A stretch of DNA of 64,000 nt, from NCBI GenBank assembly GCA_016748015.1, contig JAAOMT010000771.1, positions 4,443 to 68,442 on the forward strand. Reading direction: 5' to 3'. Made by a program: the position numbers and the translations under genes. The DNA is from Geosiphon pyriformis uo1 (lineage: Eukaryota; Fungi; Glomeromycota). Below the pieces are notes generated by a model. It did not search any database, was not told the DNA's origin, and saw only the letters and a program-made list of their open reading frames with translations. Numbering within the stretch: the first letter of the stretch is position 1; each line of letters starts with the position of its first letter. Below are positions 52,256 through 64,000 of the stretch, in pieces.

Positions 52256-53718
52256 ACATTTGTCAATTATTTTTTCTATATTTATTTAGTTTATATAGAA
52301 AAATTGTTTACTTATTGCCAATTTTGATAAACTTTTGTTATTTACTGTTTTTTATTTAAGCCTATTGAAATTTAATTGAGAAATTTGAAATAATCAATAT
52401 AAAATATTTAAGAAACCTAATATATAATAAACTATTCTAATTAATATAAGTATTTTTAAATAATAATAGTTCAGTAATAACTTTAAAAATTGCTAATATT
52501 GGCTTAAGTCCAAACAATAATAACATTATTTTTAAACCACTGGTTAAATATTTTTGAGACTTTTTTTACACAAGTTCGGATTTAAATATTAAAATTTAAG
52601 CTATATTAAGCATACTTAATATACTTTTTTTACCATATAAAACAAAAATTCTTTGCCCTTGCTATTAAAATATATTAATTTGATTAACTATAAATGAAAA
52701 ATTTAGCATTTTTGAAAAAAAACAATGAGTAAAACTATTTGCCAAAAATTATGTTCCATCTGGTCATTCAATATATTCTTATTATAAATATGTGAAAATT
52801 TTGATTTATTACTTAGGAGTTATTAATGCTCAAGTAACTTTGATATATTTTAGAATATTATTGTCAAAACCAATCACATGTAATAATTTTTGAGTTAAAT
52901 AGAAAAGAGTTTTATTGTTATATAAAATCTAATATCTAAATCTTTTAAATTAAGTTTTGTTTCAATTAATTATAGATTTTTATTTATTTATACAAAGTAA
53001 TTTTTTAATGCTCAAATTATTTTTGATACTTTTTAAATTTAATAAAAGAAATATATTCAAAATTTTGAAAGGTGTAATAATTCTGAAATTAATATTATAA
53101 ACTCATATTATAGTAATTTTTCACATAAAAGTTTTATATTTAAAACAGGTTTGAAAACAAATAATTTATATTTATCATTTAATATTTAGTATTTGAAAAT
53201 TTAATAATTAGTTCATTTTAGTTTAATGTATTTATTTTATTTATTTTTTAGTAGAAATTAATAAAAACAAACTTAATATATATATTTTATTTATCTTTTT
53301 TATTTCTATAATATGCTTTTTAGTAAATGGTTAAAAGCAACTGCTAGGCTTTTGTACTATTATTTAAATAGTAAATTTTATTATATTCAAAAAACAATTA
53401 TTATTTTAAAAGTAATTTGTGGTTTTCATTCTTTAATTACTTTTGGTTGCAAAAGATAGTTTCATTCAAAATTGTTTAAAGTAGCTTGTAAATTCATTTC
53501 AATAATAGAGAAATAAAAAAATATTAAAATGAAAGCTTTATAAGTTTTTCGAATAAGCTTTGTATTAGAAAACAGGCAAAATTTATGTTTCAAATATCTT
53601 ATGCAGCCTTGGCACTAAGTTTTGCATCAAAATTATTCAATATTCAGTCTTGAATTATTTTTTAAAAATGGTAATTTATAGATTAAATATTAATTTACAA
53701 ATGATTTTGAGTTTTTTA

Positions 53719-55020
53719 TTACATTAACATATTACAAACAGTCATGAAATAACCAAAATAAGAATCCAAATAAAACATTATAGCTGTGTTCATATCTTTA
53801 TGAACATCTGTATTACAATTTTTCAAAGTAAAATTTTTTTTAATACACAATTTAACTTCTTGAACAAAAATAATTTTCAAATTTTACTGGTAATTCTAGC
53901 CTATATCTTTCTGTCATCAAAGATTCTGAACATTCATATACATTTGGTCATGTTTTACTTCAATAACTTAAACAATTACATGACATTTTATCACCTGAAC
54001 ATAATATAAAAACTCATTGCCAAAATGCAATTTTAGATATTTTGGAACAAAATCATTGTAGTTTGTCATACAAAATATTTTTCCTGAGAGTTTTGTGTTA
54101 ACATAGTAAGAAAACATCAAATTTTCAATTCATGATTGCTTGTATATATAAATCTCAATATCTAGCCTCCATTGTTTGACCCATCTAAATCGAAATTGAA
54201 AATATAATTCAGCAAAAATTGCATATATATTATAAAAATTCTAATGAATTTTTTTAGAAAACTCAAATGTTTTATTATGTAAAATATTAATGTCAATTTT
54301 ATTATTCTTACTAAAACTCTATGCCTAGTAAATACAAGCCTCTTATATTTTCAATGTTTAAAAATCTCATCAATCTTTTTTTCCAATTTCGAATGTTCAG
54401 CAAAAAACTTTTAATAAAATTCTTCATCAATTATTGAACCTTTAATCTTTGTTATATAAAATTTGTAATCTTTTATTTTAAGCAAACTCAATTGTTAAAA
54501 ATTTTCCTTTATAAGAAACTTGAAATTCTTTGTCTAGTCTAAATTTTTTGATTTTCACTGATATTTAAAAATTGTTTCAGTTTTAAAGAAAATTTTTCTC
54601 AATTTAAGTTTGATTAGGATGCTTTAAAAACTTACCATATATGTTTAGAGGTTAATTTGTAATTTTTTTCTAAGCAAGAAGCTCTTTGTAAAACATAAAC
54701 ATATAATTCAAATTTTGTATTACAAACATCAGTTTTAGATAACCATATTTTGTTATTAAGAGATCATAAACGACAATATTTGTTGGTAATTATGAGGAAT
54801 ATCATTGAAAATCATTGCTTATTGTCTTAAATTTAAAATTTTCTAAAAAAAAATAAACTTTAAAAGCTTTAATTAACATTCAGACTCATTTTGAAATAAG
54901 AAAATTTTCTTTTTATTTGTTGATTTTTCCATGACAATTTATTCTGTGCTCTATTTTACAATTATTAGCGATAACAAATGGTGAAATTTGTATTTTACTT
55001 TTTATTTTAAAATTTACATC
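53719..55020 (-). pseudogene. Class 3 lipase-like pseudogene (multi-exon)
   Basis: Manual translation gives RLVFTRHRV (GHG-like elbow), IYAIFA, IEIYIYKQS*IEN (from TYGQPRIGN), IFCMTNYNDFVP, HFGNEF and YLDSYFGYFMTVC, which is the Lipase_3 motif order. 5' end approximate. Confidence 0.75.
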
Positions 55021-56531
55021 ATATTTCAAAATAGTTTAAATCTTAACTTGCTTTAAAACATATATTTTCAACTAAACAAATGAAAATTTGATCTTATCAA
55101 AATTTACAAGATTGAGATAAATAGTTAAAAAACCATAAATTTATTTTAACTCTGTATTACACTCCAAAAAGTAACTTCTAATTCGAAATTAAATACAAAA
55201 ATTCAGTATTTTTCAGATTTACTTTATTTTTAACTAAATAAAGTCTCATATATGAATATCTAATTGCAATACAAATTAAATAATCTAAGATTAAAAAAAG
55301 AGCAAAGTCTTAAGAAATACAAATAAAACATAATAACAAAATATTATTATAATATTTTAAACTTACGGCTTAATTCTAAAAGAAATTAGATCTTCAAAAT
55401 ATATATATTCTAATTTTTTTTAGTAAAATTATAATATAATATCTAAAAAATGCTTTGTTTTACACAACAACAGTTACACTTTTTGTTTTCTTGGCAATAA
55501 TATTCATAGTTTTTTACCCATTTTTTCGATTCCAATTCTATAGTAAATAGAAAATTCACAAAAATAAACTTGTGCTATTTGCTTCCTAAATTTTAGACCA
55601 TATAAAAATATTAAAATTTCTAAACTTTTAAATAGTTTCAATTAATAGCATTAAAAAAAGTGAGATTAATAATATTCTTTAAAATATGAATTGTTCTTAA
55701 ACAGATAATAATTTTGTCTTTAAAAATTTTTTACTTTTACTTTAATCTTAATTTCAATCTTCAACTTAAAACAATAGAAATTCTATTATAAGTTATCTTT
55801 AAATTCTAGCAGCATTACATATATAAATGATTATTATTCAATTTTAAGCTAAAAAAATGTTATTTAAAATCTTTTAAATAAAACTTATATATATATATTT
55901 TTTATTACAATCAAAAATATTTTTTATATTAGATTTTCTAATAATTTTTGTAATTTAGTGTAATATTAACTCATTTTTATATATTGCTGAATCTTTGACA
56001 ATTAACAACATAATTATCAGAACCATAAATTTTTTTAATATCTAACAAGTATATAAATATAAATATTTATATATTAATATATTTTTATCCATTGTTTAAC
56101 TTAAAAATAAATAAATTTAAATTTTTACATAAAACATAATTTTTTTAATTTATAAAAAAATAGTCAAAATTGGTGTAACTCTTTAAAATATGGTTTTAAT
56201 ACAAAAATAATAAATATATTTTTCTAAAGTAAAGAAAAACAGTATGATATATATAAATATATATATAAAAATAATTTATAAATAGAAAATTTTTGTAAAA
56301 AAGTTGAAAGTTATTATATTTTATAATATTAAAATTGTGCTTAATACAATACAATACAATATTATGTACAACATAAAAAGCAAAATATTTAAGCTTTAAA
56401 ATATAGTAAAATTGCTTAATTAAAAAAAATCTGCTATACTTTTGATATCTTGATATAAACTTAAAATTAAGTACAAATTATAAAAATAATTATAAAACTT
56501 TATATAATATATTACTATTGTAAATAAGATA

Positions 56532-57783
56532 CAATCTGGTAAAAAATAAATTGAAAAAATATGAATTTACTAAGATTGCATTTGGTTTAATCATTTTTAA
56601 TATGTTTTGTAATAGTAAAAATAGAAACAGAATATTAGGTAAGTGGCTGAGCTCTAAAAAAATTTTCTTGCATATTAACTAATAGTTTTTTTTAAAACTT
56701 GTCTTTGAAATACTGATTTCAAAGCAAAAAACACAATGGCAAGTTTTATTACATTTTTAAAAGCAAGGAATACAAAAGACAAAAAAAATACAGAATAAAA
56801 CGAATATATTTCTTTCTACAATCTATAATATTCTTGAAAAACTCAAAAAAAAAAACAATAAAACATGCAAGTAATAATAGTTAGCCAAAAAAAATTATGA
56901 GAAATTCTTCAAAAGTATTAGAGCAGAATATTTATAGAAATTCCGTAGTTTTATCTAGATATTTAGCAATAAAGTTGTCTAAAAAAGGAATAAATTTTTC
57001 TCATGTTACTATTCAAAACCATTTATTCAACCTTAATTATAAAAAAAGTCTTTCTAAAGCAACTTCAATGTTGATTGAAGAGCATAAGCAAAAACGTATA
57101 AAATGGGCCAAAAAATATCTAAATAATGATTGAAAAAGAACAGTTTTTATTGATAAAACATATTTTCAATTTTTTCAAAACATGGTAAAACATTGGCATA
57201 AAAGTACTCGACTAATTAATTCTATGTCTAAAGATTGAACAAAAATTTTTGTGTAGGGGGTTTTTATGAAAATGAAAAACTGGTTTATTCTGTTTTGTTT
57301 AAATAATGAATGCTTAATTTATATAGATATTTTTTGTAACCACTTACCTGAAATTAGAGCAATGCTGAGGGATAATTGACAATTCTAACAAAATAATAAT
57401 TCCAAGAATATTAACAAGCTTGTCAAAAAGTTTATTGCTGAGAATACAACTGATTTATTGGGATGGCCATCTAATAGTCCCGACTTAAACCCAATAGAAA
57501 ATCTTTGAGATATTGTTAAAAAAATGTAGAAAAAAGAATGTCTTAAAATCGTAGTGAATTAGAAAAATTTATAGAGGAAGAGTGGCAAGATATTCTTGAA
57601 TCTATCTTAATTGGTTTAGTAGAATCAATGAAGTGATGTTTTGAAATAATAATTAAGACAAATCATGAAAGAATTTTCTATTAATTTTTTTTAATAAAAT
57701 TATATGGTATTTGACATTTTAATAAAAATTGTTTGGTATATTAGTTAAGACATAATAATTATTATTTTTTTTTTACCAAACTG
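56532..57783 (+). mobile_element. Tc1-family DNA transposon with degenerate DD34E-type transposase
   Basis: TIRs caatctggtaaaaaa / ttttttaccaaactg with TA on the left; motifs KRIKWAKKY, VFIDK (from D-E), QNNNSKN (from QDNDPKH), WPSNSPDLNPIENL. Confidence 0.9.
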
Positions 57784-58754
57784 GATATATGATACAACTT
57801 ATAATATACATTAAATATAACATAATATAATTATTTAATATATTATGCTAATAATAAAAATATGTATAATATTATAAATTTTTTTAAAATTATAATGTTT
57901 AATTATTAATACATATTTTCAAGATTTGTAATTTTCAAATTTGAAAATATGTAAATTAATGTTAATATATTAAATAACAAAAATATGTGTAATTTTAACC
58001 AAGTAATTTGTTTTAAAAAATTAGAATAAAAAATTATTCAAATTTTTAAATGTTTTAACAAAATATTTAAATTAAGTTGAGTATTTTTAATAATATATTA
58101 AAAGTAATATATAAATTCTTATAGCCAAGCTTAAAATATACTATAAACAAAAAAGTTTGATTTTTAAAGATATATTTTATATATGTTAATTCAATAAAAC
58201 ATATTAACAAAATTGGCTTGAAAATTTAAATAAATATAGTTTTGTTTAAAAAAATTAGCATATAAGGTGTCTTAAATATTAAAATTGGTTAATTAAAAAT
58301 TTGGATTTTAGTTTTATAGTAATGTTGTTTTATTTGGCTCAAATGATTAGTTACATTTAAAAAAAGCATAATTTGCATTATTTTAAAATATTTATATGTT
58401 ATAAAGAAATAAATAAATAATACTCAATAAAGCATTTTCAAAAAAAACCAATAATAAAAAAATTAACTTAAATATAGTAAAATTTAAAAATATTTTATGA
58501 AATAATGTTTGTTTAAAATTAAAAATAATATATAATAAATATTGCACAATACAATAATTATTAAAAATAACAATTATATTGCAGAGATTAAATTTTTAGC
58601 ACCAGTTATTATTGATATAATTTAAAAATAATGGCTTTGTTATTTAAATCATAAATTTATATTGATAGATAAAGATCTGAAACGTTATTGACACAAACTA
58701 AACAGATATTAATGCAATATTTTTCTCAAACCATAACAAAATGCACAAAACAAC

Positions 58755-60200
58755 ATGGCCAGTATTAAAGCTATTAAATATTAATTAGAGCTAACTATAG
58801 TCTAGTATTAGAAATATATAAAGAAGCTAAAGAGATTTAGGGAGAGTAAGTAGACAAAAAGATTAAGTAAATTGCAAAATAAACTAATTAATAGAATATG
58901 GAGAGACAATTATGAAAGAACAATATGAATAGAAGAAAAGCAAAAACTGAAAAAGCGAGAAAAAAAGCTAAAGATGAGCAAAAATATATGGAGATTTTAG
59001 ATAGTTTGTTTGTATATATATTATTATTATTGATTTTAAGTATTCTTTAACTTTAAATATAATTTAATATACAAAAGGTGTTCAAAAGTTTCCAAACAAA
59101 CTTTGGAGTAATATTCTACATGTTTAAATAATTAAAAAAGCATGAGTTTATTACTAAATTAAGTTAGTTAATTATTTAATTATGTGTTTTTTATTTTTTA
59201 AACATGTATATATAATGTTTTTTTATAACATTTATAATTAATTTTATTTATATTTGTTTTTTTATAAAATAAAATATAATACATATATAAGATTTTTTCA
59301 TTATTTTTATTAAAACAAAATAGAAACAAAAAAAGAATTAATGATTACTTAATGTAATACTATATGCTTATTATAACAGCATAGCAAGAAATATTGTGAT
59401 ATTGTCAACATAGTTAATTACAGCTTGACAGCAGTTTCAAATACAATAAAACGATTTAAAGAAACTGGTTTAATTAATTCAAGATCTTATTTAGAATATC
59501 TATATTTATTTACTCACCAAAAATATTACCAATTTAAATATTTAGTAATATTTAATGAAAAAATTTAGAAAATTACTATAAAATTATAAATATGTTGTTT
59601 ATTTTGTTTTATTTTATAAAAAAAAAATATTATTGTTAAATAAAATCTTGTTTAGAAACTTTTAAACACTTTCTGTAAGACTCAATATATCAATTTCTGG
59701 TATTATTTGTGTTCTTTTTATCATGTCTAATCATCTTATATATATCTTTATCTTGAATAAAACTGTATATGATAACAGTAAATATCAACATATCAAATAA
59801 GATTCCAAGATACCTACTATCTATGAATTGCAGAAATACAAGTGAAAAATCAGCAAAAAGAGATTCTGATTAAATTTATCCAAGAATATTCTGAAGCTGC
59901 ACATAAAAAATGCTTTGAATTTAGTTCAACTTCCAAATTATTGTCAATGAATCAACTTGAAAAAGAATAGAAAATTATCATTATGAAGTATTTGAAAGAA
60001 TATAAAATACTGATTTATTTCGATTCAAAAACAGTTCAATTAACAAAAAGTGCAGTTGAAGATGTTATGTAGAAATTCCGGGAATTTAGTTTTGTGGATG
60101 AAGATTTTTGGAGCATAAATATTATAGTTTACATCAAATTTATCGACTTTAATTGAGCAAAAAAGACAGAAAAAGCAAGATATCCTGCATTTTAAACCCA
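58755..60200 (+). pseudogene. Pseudogene paralogous to the Crinkler-like gene: same coiled-coil header exon, followed by a different kinase type
   Basis: 58755-59000 reads MASIKAIKY*LEL...IEEKQKLKKREKKLKMSKNIW, matching exon 1 at 7494. 59840-60195 reads ILIKF..YSEAAH...IMKYL...FVDEDFWSINI...IDFN*AKK..ARYP. Confidence 0.8.
59072..59675 (+). mobile_element. Non-autonomous Tc1/mariner derivative (MITE-like, 604 bp)
   Basis: TIRs of about 28 bp (caaaaggtgttcaaaagtttccaaacaa / ttgtttagaaacttttaaacactttctg) with TA on both sides; internal HTH remnant SLTAVSNTIKRFKETG. Confidence 0.88.
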
Positions 60201-62299
60201 AAAATTGACTAACATGAAAATTTTTGAAATAACATGTTCATAAAAAAAGAACATAATATTCATTTAGTTAGTAATATTTACTGCAATAAAAAATTTAAGC
60301 TTTTAATAAGATATCATTTTTTTAAATGGCTAGATTAATTACAAATAAATATTTTTTATATTAGATTCACTTTTGAATATGTAAAATAGCTTAGTCTATC
60401 AGTCATAAAATTAGTCTTAATTTTTAATAATTAATTTATTATTAACAGATATGTTATTTATTATTATTATTATTTAAATAAAAAAAGATATTGTTTATAA
60501 TTAAATTTAAATTAAGCATTATAATTGATATAATTGCAACAAAATTAATGTTAACATCAAAAAAACCAATAAAACTAATATTATATTTCTTATAAAAAAA
60601 TAATCAGACTTTAAAGTAAAAATAGTACTCTAAAAAACACAACAAATTTTTTTTCTGGTTTTTATGGCCATTTAAACAATATATAAAAAGAGTTGCAAAA
60701 AATAGTTTGGTTATTATTTTGTTGTTTCAGTTATAATTACATTTAACTAATTCTAATTATTCATTTAAAAAAACTTTAATTAAGAAAAACCTCTTATTTA
60801 AAGCCAAAAAAATTTGAAAAATATTAAATATTAAGAATAACTTTATAATATTATCATAATTTAAAACACAAAATGAATTATATTATTAATTTATTTTAGT
60901 TAATTTGAAAGTTTTTTCTTATTAATGACAAATTAATAAAAAATTTCAAAATTTCTTAAATTAATAATTGTTATAATAAAATAAAAAATATTTTATTGAT
61001 AAAATTATTATTTAATTAAAGTTTTTGTTATAAATGCAGTTCTATAATAAAATATTATTTAATATAATTTTAAATGAAAAAACTCAAAGCACTAAAACAA
61101 CACATATGATATTAGTTATTTTTAAATATCTAATAAAGCTTTATCATTGAATTTAAAAAACAAAAATTAAATATAAAAATATATGTAATTTTTATTTATA
61201 AGCAGATTAAGCAAAAAATTAAATTTTCAGTAATTTAAGTTATAACAATTTTAAACAAAATAAATAATTATTAAATATAATTTACAAGTACTTATAAAAA
61301 TTGCTAATTATGATGGTTAAATAAACATAATTATTTTACAAAATTATAAGTTATCATTATTTATGCAAAATTCAATAAAAAGTAAAACCTTTTTAAAACT
61401 AAAAAATATTTTTTCAGTAGAATTATATTTCAAAAAAAATAACCAAATTAATTGCAAATTGAATATTTAAATAAAATAAGTTCGATATAAGTTAACCAAG
61501 CATTAATATTATTCAAAGCAAATATCTAATTACAGCATTTTTCGAGCTTTTTTTGAATTAAAATAAACAGTTGCATATTTAATTCTTATATGAATAATAA
61601 TTTTTTTTTTAAAAACAATTATTTTTTAACTAACTTTATGAATAAAATAATAAATAAAACTTAATATTTGTTTTTTTTTCGTTAAAAAGTCTTGTTTATA
61701 TTAATTTTCATAATATATATAGTTTTTTTTAATTAAAACAAACTATTTAAAAGCCACCAAATTAGTTTTGCTTAATTTAATAAACTCAAAAACAATTTTT
61801 TGCCAAAAACATTAAACTACAGTTTGATTAACACAACTTAACTAAATTTAAAAAACCAATTATATAGCCATTTTTAAAGTGTTAACTGAAATTTTTCAAC
61901 AATCATTTTTTAATTTTTGTAAGAATTTACATATTTCAGATTAGTATTTGTAATTACATTATTTTTTCAGCCAATTTTTTTGTCTTAGCTAAGTCAAATT
62001 CTAATATAAATAATATTTTTATTATTAACAAATTAATATTCAGAGTAAAGAATTTTTTAACAGTAATTTCAATCTTTTTTTGGTAAAAAACATTAGCAAC
62101 TTTAAGTAAAATTAATAAGAATCTATATTTCAATTACAATTTTTAAAGTTTAATTTGCCTAAATTTCTAATTTTTATGTGTTTAGTTTAAATTTATTTAT
62201 GAATATTAATTTTTGAACCATGTAAATTTTATTATTATTTAAATTAAAACTGGTTTTTTTAATATAATGTTTTTTAATGTTTTAATATTAGTTTTAGTT

Positions 62300-63930
62300 T
62301 TTTATTTATATTCTTTACTTTTTAAAACCAAAATCTTTTCCAAGAGAAATTAATAAAGTCATTAGAACTCTTAACATTTTTATCATCTTTCTTGTTTTTT
62401 TGCATCAAAATATCTCTTTTTAAGCTTGTATTAATTCTTTTTTAATTTTGCTATTAGATATATTCTTATTTAAGCTGTTTACAGCTGTCAATTTTTAAAT
62501 AAAAAAGTTGTTAAACACTAAAATTTTTTTTTGGTTTCTTGACTCTTTTTTGTGGTTTAAATATCAAATTTTATTAAGAAATTTTTTTATTAATTAAAAT
62601 GCAATATAATAAATTTCAAAAAATAATTTTTTTCTTTATTAATTTTATAATTCCTCTGTAAAAAATTAAATATTAGATTATTGTAATAATATGCTTTTAA
62701 GCAAATTTTCAATAATAAATTTTAAGAATTTTTTTTTAGCTAAAACACAACCAATCACTAAAACTAATATATTAAGAATTTTAAACTGATGTAAATCTAA
62801 TAATACACTATTCAACAATCAGAATATTTAATGTAACCAATTAATATACTCTTTAGAAAAAAATTCATCTCATCTCTTTAACAATATTCAAGATTATTTT
62901 GCAATCATTACAATATAATCTCAGCAAATAATTAATGCTCATCCAAAAAATTATTAGACCCATTTTGTATTTATGCTTCTTTTTCTAAAACTTCTCTCTA
63001 AAAATATTATAATATTTGCTCCAAAGCTACTGTAAAGCCTCTTTTGCTATTGGTCTATCAAGTTTATTTCTTGCCAACAACTTTCTTGCATAAATTTTTA
63101 ATTTATCAAATTCTTGAAGTTGTACAGAAGCCATTAGAATCAGGTATCCAATGAATTATATGTCAATACTCTTGTTATAACTTCTTAAAAAATCTTGGGT
63201 ACATGGTTTTCTTCAGCAAAGTGTGCACCAGAAGCAGCTAAAATAGTATAATATATATCATCAAAGTTGATTATGAATTACTTATCTCGATAGATGAATT
63301 TTAACACATTTTCTCAACAGATATTACAATACATGATTTTTATTTTATAAAAAGCCTAGGAATAAATGTTTTAATCATAAAATACCTATATTTCTCAGAT
63401 AAATCAAATGAAAGCAAAGGATACCTTAAGGGTAGTTAAAATATAGTATAATACTTTGATTAGTTGTTTCTTTAATTCTGGTTTTTATACTATATCCTTT
63501 AGTGAAAAAATTACAAATGGTGCTTCAGTTTTATTCTTGTTGATGTGCTTTAACTGATCAATAAAAAAAACTTTGTGGTTGAACATGTTTTTGTAAATAG
63601 CTTGGATATATACAATAGACTGTGTCAAGTGGTAACATTTTATAACAACATTTTGCATTAATTCAACTACCTTGCTATTTGATTGGAAAAAGATGACAAA
63701 TTCTTGCTAAAAATATTGTAAAACAGTTTGGCAAAGTAGAAGTAATAATTGATCAATGTTAATTCCGATAATAAAAGTTTTTATGCATCTTTCTAGCTCA
63801 TTCAGTTCACAAGTAAACAAATCCTTTTGCAAAATCTGTTTTTCTTCCAAATACAAATAGGAATATGTTACTATGGTAGTGCATACATAATATTCAAAAA
63901 TGTAAGAATATTGTTCATACGTCTATATTA
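62300..63930 (-). pseudogene. Probable decayed intron-containing gene of unknown family
   Basis: Higher GC than flanks. A long, mostly open minus-strand frame at about 63920-63430 ends at a GT donor, with further coding-like blocks downstream. No motif recognised. Confidence 0.35.
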
Positions 63931-64000
63931 ACTTTTCAATTAGTTTTTTTATTAGTATAAAAATTCTTTTTTTTTCCTTTCACAAAACAAGCATCTGATA

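Overview
Very AT-rich eukaryotic DNA with spliceosomal introns. The style suggests a glomeromycete fungus; the repeat and gene families resemble Geosiphon-type genomes, but this is inference only. Transposons dominate the window. A near-intact 9.9-kb Ty3/Gypsy element A (22246-32124, 4-bp TSD ATGT) is nested in an older related element B (19006-37865), which is nested in a + strand LINE; a third Gypsy element C (41727-51762) also interrupts that LINE. These Gypsy elements have an unusual layout: gag-CCHC-protease-Cys-rich domain-dUTPase-(dUTPase-like)-RT-RNaseH-stop, then a separate integrase ORF, then an extra 3' ORF that runs through the PPT into the LTR. Also present: a full-length RNase H-bearing LINE on the - strand, an ORF1-only LINE derivative carrying a solo LTR, a Tc1 element, a Tc1-derived MITE and a 756-bp assembly gap. 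The one intact host gene is a 5-exon Crinkler-like protein (coiled-coil header, PD-(D/E)xK nuclease, kinase) at 5432-7494 (-). A pseudogenised paralogue at about 58.5-60.2 kb shares its promoter and header but carries a different kinase type. A class-3 lipase-like pseudogene lacks the catalytic Ser. Repeats show pervasive C:G>T:A-type transition decay, much of it outside CpG (RIP-like), while the intact gene keeps its CpGs.
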